DNA of 42,135 nt from a virus: IMG/VR virus record IMGVR_UViG_3300045988_041082. One strand, given 5' to 3'. Position numbers and translations under genes: made by a program. The notes under the pieces are model-generated. The model did no database searches and was not told the origin of the DNA. It saw only the letters and a list, made by a program, of their open reading frames with translations. Shown here piece after piece: positions 1-7,280 of the stretch (position 1 is the first letter of the stretch; each line of letters starts with the position of its first letter).

Positions 1-55
1 TTTTGAAAAACCTATTGACAAACAAAAATGGACTTGCTATAATAAAGACAGTTCA
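1..55. repeat. Terminal direct repeat: 1-55 is identical to 42081-42135. Taken as the overlap of a circular assembly, giving a unique genome length of about 42,080 bp.
   Basis: Exact 55-nt identity between the two ends of the window. Confidence 0.9.
15..43 (+). promoter_or_regulatory. Early (lytic) sigma-A promoter TTGACA-17-TATAAT reading into the SprT-like gene. A second copy lies at 42095-42123 in the terminal repeat.
   Basis: TTGACA at 15-20, 17-nt spacer, TATAAT at 38-43; SD AAAGGGG at 84-90; ATG at 100. Confidence 0.55.
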
Positions 56-99
56 AGAAGCTGAACCAAGAGAAGAACAATAGAAAGGGGAACTTGAAC

Positions 100-725
100 A
101 TGGCAATCACAAAAAAAATACTTGTTCAATCCAAACAGTAGTTAATCAGCTTGAAGGGCTTTTTGATACCTTCAATGCACATTTCTTCAATAATGAACTT
201 CAGAAGCCTGTTATCACTGTAAACCCTGATGTTACAAAAGGTGCTTATGGTTGGTGTACTTCATGGAAGGCTTGGAAGCGTAATGAAGAAGATGAAGGAC
301 AATATGAAATTAACCTTTGTGCTGAACACCTTAACAGACCATTTGAACAGATTGCAGAAACTCTTATTCATGAAATGGTGCATCTTCTGAATCTTCAAAA
401 TGAAGTGCAAGATACAAGCAGAAGTGGTATGTATCACAATAAAAAGTTTAAGGAAGTTGCAGAAAAACATGGGCTTATTGTTGAAAAGGATTCCAAGTAT
501 GGTTACTGCATTACAAAACTGAATGAAGCTTCAACGGCTTTTGTATCTGCTATGAATGGTGAACCCTTTGAAATGTATAGAACAAAGATGGCTAAGATTT
601 CTGTTAGCAAGGGTTCTTCTTCAAGAAAGTATGTATGCCCTTGTTGTGGAACTATTGTAAGGGCTACAAAGGAAGTAAGAATTATCTGTTCTGATTGTGG
701 TGTTGAATTCCAAGAAGAAATGTAA
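100..725 (+). CDS. SprT-like zinc metallopeptidase (HExxH plus a C-terminal Cys4 zinc ribbon). The reading frame is interrupted: ATG 100 is in frame 1, and the SprT domain is in frame 0 with no start codon before 375. The two frames join at the A8 tract 111-118 (-1 shift or homopolymer error).
   Basis: LIHEMVHL motif; CPCCG...CSDCG ribbon; good SD upstream of ATG 100; frame 0 opens after TAG 81-83 with no ATG/GTG/TTG until 375. Confidence 0.55.
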
Positions 726-737
726 GGGGGTGAAATT

Positions 738-923
738 ATGAAGAAAATCCTTGCTGCTTGCATCAAGCAGATAATTCAGTTTGATTCTGAAGCTGAATAT
801 GAAGCATTCGTGAATAAGCTGATAGGTAATTACTATGTTGTTAGTAAGAATGTTTCCAGGGATGGAACAGTTATTGTGGAAATAAACAGAAACTACAATA
901 ACAGTAAACTGATTGAGAACTAA
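738..923 (+). CDS. Hypothetical protein (61 aa).
   Basis: ORF with SD AAGGGGGTGA upstream of ATG 738. Confidence 0.5.
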   Translation: MKKILAACIKQIIQFDSEAEYEAFVNKLIGNYYVVSKNVSRDGTVIVEINRNYNNSKLIEN

Positions 924-941
924 GAAAGGAAGTGTAATAAA

Positions 942-1169
942 ATGTTTGATTATTCTAAGTTGCGTGGTGCGATTCGTGAAAAGTATGGTACACAGGAAGC
1001 CTTTGCAAAGGCTATGGGGTTCAGCACTGCTACATTGTCTGATAAGCTGAACAATAAGGTTCAGTGGAATCAGAAAGAAATTGATAAGGCGGTTGAACTG
1101 CTTGAAATTTCCAAAGAAGATATTCCTGTTTATTTTTTTAGTGAAAAATTTCAGCTTCTTGAACAGTAA
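942..1169 (+). CDS. Cro-like DNA-binding protein, DUF739 family (putative lytic-switch regulator).
   Basis: MFDYSKLRGAIREKYGTQEAFAKAMGFS...LSDKLNNK pattern typical of DUF739 Cro-like proteins of lactococcal and streptococcal phages; SD AAGGAAGTG. Confidence 0.6.
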   Translation: MFDYSKLRGAIREKYGTQEAFAKAMGFSTATLSDKLNNKVQWNQKEIDKAVELLEISKEDIPVYFFSEKFQLLEQ

Positions 1170-1184
1170 GAAAGGATTTTGGTA

Positions 1185-1793
1185 ATGGATAATTCAAAGA
1201 AAATTATCCTTGACCTATGCGGGGGAACTGGTTCATGGAGCAAGCCATATAAAGAAGCTGGATATGATGTAAGGCTTATAACACTTCCTGAACATGATGT
1301 TCTTACCTATGAACCCCCAATTGGGGGGGGGAATAAGGTTCATGGCATAATTGCAGCCCCGCCTTGCACACACTTCAGCATTGCTTGTAATAGGTTATGG
1401 GATATGAAAGATAAGGATGGAAGAACCATTGAAGGTTTGGCGGTTCTAATAGCGTGTTTGCGTATTATTGCAAAGGCAAGCCCTGAATGGTGGGTTATTG
1501 AAAACCCAATTGGAAGAATGAAGCGGTTTATGGGAAACCCTGATTACAAATTTCAGTTTACTGATTTTGGCTTTCCTTGCAAGAAAACTTCCCTTCTTTG
1601 GGGGAACTTCAATCATCCAATCAAACAAAAACATAACTATGAAAGAATTTACAAGCTGGAAGAAATTGATTACAAGATGCCTGAATTGTATCAGGTGGAA
1701 GGTATTATTGAAACAGACCATTCAAGAAGGGCAGCAGTTAGAAGCATAACCCCTGAAGGATTTGCAAGGGCTTTCTTTGAAGCAAACCCATAA
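1185..1793 (+). CDS. Truncated DNA C5-cytosine methyltransferase-like protein, about 200 aa. Motifs I, IV and VI are present, there is no recognisable target-recognition domain, and motif IV reads PCT instead of PCQ.
   Basis: LDLCGGTGSW (motif I FxGxGG-like), APPCTHFS (motif IV), ENPIG (motif VI ENV-like); ATG 1185 with SD AAAGGA. Confidence 0.5.
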   Translation: MDNSKKIILDLCGGTGSWSKPYKEAGYDVRLITLPEHDVLTYEPPIGGGNKVHGIIAAPPCTHFSIACNRLWDMKDKDGRTIEGLAVLIACLRIIAKASPEWWVIENPIGRMKRFMGNPDYKFQFTDFGFPCKKTSLLWGNFNHPIKQKHNYERIYKLEEIDYKMPELYQVEGIIETDHSRRAAVRSITPEGFARAFFEANP

Positions 1794-1803
1794 TAAGAAG
1801 GTG

Positions 1804-2049
1804 ATGCTGATGAAAAATAAAATAACCCCAAAAGATGTTGCAGATGCTTTGGGGATAAGTGTTCAAGCAGTAAGGGTTGGACTTCAACAAGGAAGATTCC
1901 CTTTTGGAACTGCAATAAAAACTTCAGAAGCTAAATTTACTTATGCGATATACCCCAAAGCTTTTGAAGAATATGTTGGAAGGATGGTGAACCAGGGTGG
2001 AAACAATCAAATGGATGAAGCATCAGAAGGATGTTCTGAAGCAAACTGA
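1804..2049 (+). CDS. Small HTH DNA-binding protein (MerR/excisionase-like helix-turn-helix).
   Basis: ITPKDVADALGISVQAVRVGLQQG HTH motif; ATG 1804; overlaps the helicase start. Confidence 0.5.
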   Translation: MLMKNKITPKDVADALGISVQAVRVGLQQGRFPFGTAIKTSEAKFTYAIYPKAFEEYVGRMVNQGGNNQMDEASEGCSEAN

Positions 2050-3289
2050 AAAATTCAACAGGGTTGCTTATTATCTTGATATGGGTTTGGGGAAAACCTT
2101 TATTGGTGCTGAAAAAATGATTCGTTTCCATACTGAAGAAAACCTTCTGATTTGCCAAAAATCCAAAATCAAAGATTGGCGGGAACATTTTGCAAAGTAT
2201 TACAAATATGATATTTCCGCTTATGACTTGACAGACAAAAAACAATGGGCTGATTTTTGGAACAATCCTTGTAATTTTCGGTTCAGGGTTGGAATCATCA
2301 ATTATGAACTTGCTTGGAGAAGGAAAGACCTTCAAAACCTTTCAGATTTTACACTAATGCTTGATGAATCTTCCCTAATTCAAAATGAATCTGCAAAGCG
2401 TTCAAAGTTTATCCTGAAGATGAAACCAAAGAATGTAGTTCTTCTTTCAGGAACACCAACAGGCGGGAAGTATGAAAATCTTTATTCACAGCTTCAGCTT
2501 CTTGGTTGGACTATTTCAAAAGAACTTTACTGGAAGCAATACATTGAAACTGAATGGGTTGAACAGGATGGGTTCTTTAGAAAAGATGTGATAGGTTACA
2601 AGAATGTTGAAAGGCTAAAACAGAAGCTTGCTGCACATGGGGCAATCTTCATGAAAATTGAAGAAGCTGGAATAAGCCTTCCTGAAGCAACTGTTATTCC
2701 AGTAAGGTTGAAAACAACCAAGGAATATAAGCAGTTCATGAAAAAGCGGGTTATCACAATTGATGGAAAAGAATTAGTTGGTGATTCAGCTTTAACACAA
2801 ATGCTATATGCAAGAATGCTTTGTGGGCAGTACAACCAGGATAAGCTTGAAGCCTTCAAGGATTTGCTTGAATCGTCTGATGATAGGTTTGTGGTGTTCT
2901 ATAACTTCACAGCAGAACTTGTGGAACTGGAAGCCATAGCACACGAATTAAACAGACCCTTTAGCTTGGTTACTGGTGCTTGTAAAAGGCTTGATGAATA
3001 TGAACAATTCAACAATTCCATTACCTTTGTTCAATATCAAGCTGGTGCAATGGGGCTGAATCTTCAGAAAGCAAACAAAACCATTTATTTTACCCTTCCA
3101 CAAGCTTCAGAACTGTTTGAACAAAGCAAAAAGAGAACCAACAGAATTGGGCAAGAAAGACCATGTTTTTATTATTACCTACTTTGCAATGATAGTGTTG
3201 AAGAAGATGTTCTTGCAACACTGGAAATGAGAAAGGATTATACAGATGAATTATTCAAGAAGTATGAAAAGAAGAAAGGATTATGCTAA
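1997..3289 (+). CDS. SNF2-family DNA helicase.
   Basis: LDMGLGKT (motif I), LMLDESS (DExx), LLSGTP (motif III), QSKKRTNRIGQ (motif VI). The start is GTG 1997 or ATG 2015. Confidence 0.8.
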   Translation: METIKWMKHQKDVLKQTEKFNRVAYYLDMGLGKTFIGAEKMIRFHTEENLLICQKSKIKDWREHFAKYYKYDISAYDLTDKKQWADFWNNPCNFRFRVGIINYELAWRRKDLQNLSDFTLMLDESSLIQNESAKRSKFILKMKPKNVVLLSGTPTGGKYENLYSQLQLLGWTISKELYWKQYIETEWVEQDGFFRKDVIGYKNVERLKQKLAAHGAIFMKIEEAGISLPEATVIPVRLKTTKEYKQFMKKRVITIDGKELVGDSALTQMLYARMLCGQYNQDKLEAFKDLLESSDDRFVVFYNFTAELVELEAIAHELNRPFSLVTGACKRLDEYEQFNNSITFVQYQAGAMGLNLQKANKTIYFTLPQASELFEQSKKRTNRIGQERPCFYYYLLCNDSVEEDVLATLEMRKDYTDELFKKYEKKKGLC

Positions 3290-3428
3290 AAGAATCATGA
3301 TTTCCTGGGTGATTATGTTCCTACTTGGAATGCTTCTTGGTGTAGGAACTGGAATACTTATAGGAAAGGCAACCACTAAAGAAATAATCAATGTTGAAGA
3401 ATCAGCAACCCCAACAATTTTTTTTTAG
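3246..3428 (+). CDS. N-terminal membrane-anchor segment (basic N-region plus one TM helix). It is probably the 5' part of the following 3D-domain gene, separated from it by the T9 tract at 3418-3426.
   Basis: MKRRKDYAKRIMISWVIMFLLGMLLGVGTGILIG; the ORF ends in the T9 homopolymer; removing one T fuses it in frame to the 3391 ORF. Confidence 0.4.
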   Translation: MNYSRSMKRRKDYAKRIMISWVIMFLLGMLLGVGTGILIGKATTKEIINVEESATPTIFF

Positions 3429-3834
3429 TGATGAAGTTCAGGAAATAGAACCTACAACCACTGAAACGGTGGTAGAACCTGAAGAAGCTGAACCAGTAAG
3501 CTTGGGGGTTTATCGGATAACTGCTTATTGTGCTTGTGAAAAGTGTTGTGGTGAATGGGCTAAGAACAGACCTAATGGAATTGTTAAAGGTGCTGCTGGT
3601 ATTGCATTAACCCCTGGTTATTCGGCAGCTTCCCCTTTGCCTTTTGGAACTGAACTTTACATAGAAGGTTATGGGGATGTAGTAATTCAAGATAGAACTG
3701 CACAATGGGTTGTTGATAAGTATGAAGGCAAGATAGTTGATATTTACTTTGATAACCATGATGAAGCTTTGGAATTCGGTTGTAAATGGCTAAATGTGTA
3801 TCAAAAAGAAAGTGAGGATATAAACAATAATTAA
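3391..3834 (+). CDS. 3D-domain (YuiC/MltA-like, double-psi beta-barrel) cell-wall-binding/lytic protein. It probably continues from the 3246 ORF.
   Basis: VYRITAYCACEKCCG...GAAGIAL...PFGT motif pattern typical of 3D domains. Confidence 0.6.
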   Translation: MLKNQQPQQFFFSDEVQEIEPTTTETVVEPEEAEPVSLGVYRITAYCACEKCCGEWAKNRPNGIVKGAAGIALTPGYSAASPLPFGTELYIEGYGDVVIQDRTAQWVVDKYEGKIVDIYFDNHDEALEFGCKWLNVYQKESEDINNN

Positions 3835-3889
3835 ATGCAAAACTGAATGCCCTGTTGGGAAGTTTGAAGGATGCTGCTTCTTTTGTGAA

Positions 3890-4276
3890 GTGAAAGGTTG
3901 CAAAGATAAATGCACAAAAGTCCCTTCAGATTGTGAAGATGCAATTACTGTTGATGATGAAGCAGTAAATGAAGAAAAAGCCCTTGAAGCGTTTAAGGGA
4001 AATCAGCTTACTGTTCTTGAACAGATTTCTAACCTGATTATTCAGAAGAAAGAAATTGAAAAGGCTGAAGCAGATTTGAAAGTTAAGCTTCAAGAAGCTA
4101 TGGAACAGTACGGAATCAAGAAGTTTACCAGTGATGTTCTGAATATTACCTATGTAGCAGCAACCACTTCCACTTCTATTGATTCTGCAAAGCTGAAGAA
4201 ACTGCATCCTGATATTGCTGCTGAATGTTCTAAGACTTCAAGCAAGAAAGCATATATCAAGATTGAAGTGAAATGA
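3890..4276 (+). CDS. Coiled-coil phage protein, possibly of the siphovirus Gp157 family.
   Basis: GTG start; N-terminal coiled coil followed by a GIKKF..LNIT...ID..KLKK pattern that resembles Gp157-like proteins found in phage recombination modules. Confidence 0.35.
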   Translation: MKGCKDKCTKVPSDCEDAITVDDEAVNEEKALEAFKGNQLTVLEQISNLIIQKKEIEKAEADLKVKLQEAMEQYGIKKFTSDVLNITYVAATTSTSIDSAKLKKLHPDIAAECSKTSSKKAYIKIEVK

Positions 4277-4313
4277 AAAAGCTAACTTGCAAGGATTGTA
4301 AGCGGTTCAGATA

Positions 4314-4790
4314 TTGCTTGGAATCTTCAAGAATGTACCCTTGCACAAGCTTTGTAAGAAAGGAAGTGATAAACAATTGGCTGGTGAAAAAACCTTCGAA
4401 AACCAAGTGAAAAAGTGGTTGCATAACCAGGGGATTTATGCAGCGGGAACACCTAAAGACAAAATGGAAACATCCCCTGTTGGTTGGTTCTTTAAGGTTT
4501 GGGGCGGTGGTTATCAGAAAAGCGGAATCCCTGATTTGCTGATTTGTGTGAACGGATTCTTCATAGCTTGTGAATTAAAAGCTGATAATGGCAAGCCTTC
4601 AGACCTTCAGGAAAAGAATATTAAGATGATTAACCAGGGAAACGGAATTGGAATAATCCTTTATCCAAAAGGATTTGAACAGTTCAAAGAAATTGTAAAG
4701 GGGGTGAAGAAATGCAATATTCACATTCAAGGGTTGAATGCTTTGAAACTTGTGCATTCAAGTACAAAATGCGTTATCTTGATGGAATAA
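4314..4790 (+). CDS. VRR-NUC domain nuclease (PD-(D/E)xK fold).
   Basis: GIPDLLICVNGFFIACELK catalytic motif. The start is uncertain: TTG 4314, or TTG 4377 with the better SD AAAGGAAGTGA. Confidence 0.65.
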   Translation: MLGIFKNVPLHKLCKKGSDKQLAGEKTFENQVKKWLHNQGIYAAGTPKDKMETSPVGWFFKVWGGGYQKSGIPDLLICVNGFFIACELKADNGKPSDLQEKNIKMINQGNGIGIILYPKGFEQFKEIVKGVKKCNIHIQGLNALKLVHSSTKCVILME

Positions 4791-6394
4791 AAACCATTCC
4801 TGATACTGAAGCAACAAATGCTTTGATTCTTGGAACTGCTTTACACACAGGAATTGAAGAAGGGCTTGAAGCTGGCATTCAGTATTACATCAATGCTTTT
4901 CCAATTATATCTGATGCCCACATCAATGAAATGATAAAGCTTGAACATTGGATTCCAAAGGTGCGTGAAATGCTCCCTGAAGGAATATATGAACAAGCTA
5001 TAACTGGTTCAGATTTTATAGGATTTGCAGATTTACTTGTTCCAGTAGAAAGTTCAGGCAGAACCAAAGTATTTGATTTATATGATTTCAAGTATTCAAG
5101 CAATCAGAAATCATATATGGAATCAGGACAGCTACACGAATACAAGTATTTCATAGAAAAGACCCATCCAGGATGGAAGATAAGAAATATGTTCTTTGTC
5201 TTTGTTCCCAAAGTTAGCATCAAGCAGAAGAAAACAGAAAGCTTGATGGACTTCAGGGAAAGAATTCAAGAACAGCTTAATAAAGAATCAGTTCAGATTG
5301 TTCCAATTGAATACAACCCAAACAAAGTGGTTGAATTTGCAATGAACATCAAAACGATTCTTGAAACAAAGGACTTCCCCAAAGAAAAAAGTTTTCTTTG
5401 CGGTTGGTGTGAATACCAAGAATTTTGTGAAAGTGAGGTAGATTATATGTTACTCCCAAAGAATGAAAGAAGAAACATTGAAACGATTGATAAAAAGGTG
5501 GTTTGGCTTTATGGTGTACCCTTCAGCGGTAAAACCTTTCTTGCAAACAAGTTCCCTGACCCTATCATGTTGAACACTGATGGAAACATCAAGTTTGTTG
5601 ATGCCCCTTATGTTTCCATCAAGGATGAAGTTAAGAATGATGGCAGCAGAAACCCTAAAAGAACGCTTGCTTGGGCAAACTTCAAGGATGTTATCACTGA
5701 ACTTGAAAAGAAGGATAATACCTTTAAGACAGTAGTTGTTGACCTTTTAGAAGATTGCTATGAACATTGCAGAATCTATATGTATGACAAGCTTAACATT
5801 ACCCATGAATCTGATGATTCCTTTAGTGCCTGGGATAAGGTAAGAACTGAATTTCTTTCCACACTGAAACGCTTGATGAACATGGACTATGAAAACATCA
5901 TTCTTATCAGCCATGAGGACAGAAGCAAAGATATTACCCGCAAGGGCGGTGATAAGATTACTGCAATCAAACCTAACCTTCCTGATAAGGTAGCAAATAA
6001 GATTGCTGGTATGGTTGATATTGTGGCAAGGGTGGTTGCTGATGGTGATGAAAGAACACTTTCATTCAAAACCAATGAAGTTATCTTTGGCGGTGGTAGA
6101 TTGACAGTTACCAAGAAGGAAATCCCGCTTGATTATGATGATTTTATGGCGGTGTATGATGAAGCCAACGGAAAAGCAGTAAGGGCAACAAGAAGCACTT
6201 CCAAGAAGCAACCTATTGAAACCCCGTCTACTGTAAATACTGAAGAAGTTTCTGATAGCGGTTCTGAAGATGATTCTGTTGCTGAAGCTTCAACTGCTGA
6301 TTCTTTAGCCCCTGAAGTTCAGGAAGCAGAACCAGTTAAGGAAGAAAAGGCTGAAGAACCTAAACCCCGCACAAGAAAGAAGCGTGGTGAATAA
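4712..6394 (+). CDS. Fusion protein: N-terminal Cas4-like/RecB-family PD-(D/E)xK exonuclease with an Fe-S cysteine cluster, C-terminal Sak4-like AAA_24 RecA-fold ATPase, and an acidic/basic tail.
   Basis: N-terminus: YSHSRVECFETCAFKYKMRYL, GFADLL...DLYDFK (D...ExK), QLHEYKY (QxxxY), CGWCEYQEFC. C-terminus: LYGVPFSGKTFLA Walker A, VVVDLLED Walker B. SD AAGGGGGTGA before ATG 4712. Confidence 0.7.
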   Translation: MQYSHSRVECFETCAFKYKMRYLDGIKTIPDTEATNALILGTALHTGIEEGLEAGIQYYINAFPIISDAHINEMIKLEHWIPKVREMLPEGIYEQAITGSDFIGFADLLVPVESSGRTKVFDLYDFKYSSNQKSYMESGQLHEYKYFIEKTHPGWKIRNMFFVFVPKVSIKQKKTESLMDFRERIQEQLNKESVQIVPIEYNPNKVVEFAMNIKTILETKDFPKEKSFLCGWCEYQEFCESEVDYMLLPKNERRNIETIDKKVVWLYGVPFSGKTFLANKFPDPIMLNTDGNIKFVDAPYVSIKDEVKNDGSRNPKRTLAWANFKDVITELEKKDNTFKTVVVDLLEDCYEHCRIYMYDKLNITHESDDSFSAWDKVRTEFLSTLKRLMNMDYENIILISHEDRSKDITRKGGDKITAIKPNLPDKVANKIAGMVDIVARVVADGDERTLSFKTNEVIFGGGRLTVTKKEIPLDYDDFMAVYDEANGKAVRATRSTSKKQPIETPSTVNTEEVSDSGSEDDSVAEASTADSLAPEVQEAEPVKEEKAEEPKPRTRKKRGE

Positions 6395-6729
6395 TGCCTG
6401 ATGTGATAATGATAAGGGATAAGCCTGAAACAATCTTTGATGCAAGGGATTTTGAATACCACATTGAAAAGTGCATGGGATATGAAGCAAGTTCTTACTT
6501 CAGAAAGTTATTTGAAGAAGCTGAAGCAGAAGTTGAATCTGCAAAGCGTGGTGAAAATACAGACCTTGCTTCTTATGAAGCTTCCCTTGAATCAAATACA
6601 AGAGCATTTCAGGATATTCTTGAAATCTTAACTTCAATGGAAGATGTGCTTTACAAGCAAAGAGTTAATAAGGTTAAAATTGCTGAACAGATTTCAGCAA
6701 TCAGAAAAACAATAAATAATCAAATATGA
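6394..6729 (+). CDS. Hypothetical protein (111 aa), in the recombination module.
   Basis: ORF overlapping the previous stop (TAATG). Confidence 0.5.
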   Translation: MPDVIMIRDKPETIFDARDFEYHIEKCMGYEASSYFRKLFEEAEAEVESAKRGENTDLASYEASLESNTRAFQDILEILTSMEDVLYKQRVNKVKIAEQISAIRKTINNQI

Positions 6730-6749
6730 AAGGTAAAAGGTGAAATATT

Positions 6750-7208
6750 ATGGCTAACATTTGGGATAAGTTTAATGATGCGTATGATGTAAAGAGTTTG
6801 GCAGATGAAGTTGCTGAAGCAGAAGCTAACGGTGAAACAGGCGGTTATGATGAAGTTCCACATGGTACTTATGATGTAGAAATCAATAAGATGGAACTGA
6901 AGCTTTCCAAGAACAATAACCCTATGCTTTCTGTATGGTTCAAGGTTCTTGCTGGTGAAGAAAAGGGCAGACTGATTTTCATGAATCAGGTTGTAACGCA
7001 GAAGTTCCAGGTTCACATTTGCAATGATTTCCTTCGTTCTTTGGATAGTGGTATTGATGTTAAGTTTGTTGATTTTGGACAGTATGAGCAGCTTATCATG
7101 GATATTCATGAAGCCATTGATGGTAAGTTGGAATATGGTTTGAAGTACGGTGTAACTAAGAAGGGATTCAATACCTTTGAAATTACAGATGTGTATGAAG
7201 CAGAATAA
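6750..7208 (+). CDS. DUF669-family phage protein, which commonly accompanies Sak4/AAA_24.
   Basis: MANIWDKFNDAYDVKSLADEV...GGYDEVPHGTYDVEI N-terminal pattern typical of DUF669; SD AAAGGTGA. Confidence 0.7.
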   Translation: MANIWDKFNDAYDVKSLADEVAEAEANGETGGYDEVPHGTYDVEINKMELKLSKNNNPMLSVWFKVLAGEEKGRLIFMNQVVTQKFQVHICNDFLRSLDSGIDVKFVDFGQYEQLIMDIHEAIDGKLEYGLKYGVTKKGFNTFEITDVYEAE

Positions 7209-7218
7209 TTGACCATAA

Positions 7219-7250
7219 GAGGGGGTAAGGATTAAACCCCTTACCCCCTT
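7219..7250 (+). terminator. Perfect 10-12 bp GC-rich stem-loop (GGGGGTAAGG / CCTTACCCCC) between the DUF669 gene and polB. It may be an intrinsic terminator or attenuator, but the U-tract is weak.
   Basis: Inverted repeat 7221-7230 / 7239-7248 with an 8-nt loop, followed by TT. Confidence 0.4.
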
Positions 7251-7280
7251 GAAAATTTACCAAGAAAGGAAGTGAAATCA

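Noticed and set aside
4314-4376. N-terminal 21 codons of the VRR-NUC ORF-track call, and similarly the ORF-track TTG starts at 14384, 40977 and 42027
   Set aside because: These extensions lack SD sequences and run into regulatory repeats or promoter elements. Downstream starts with strong SDs are preferred (4377, 14408, 40923, 41997).
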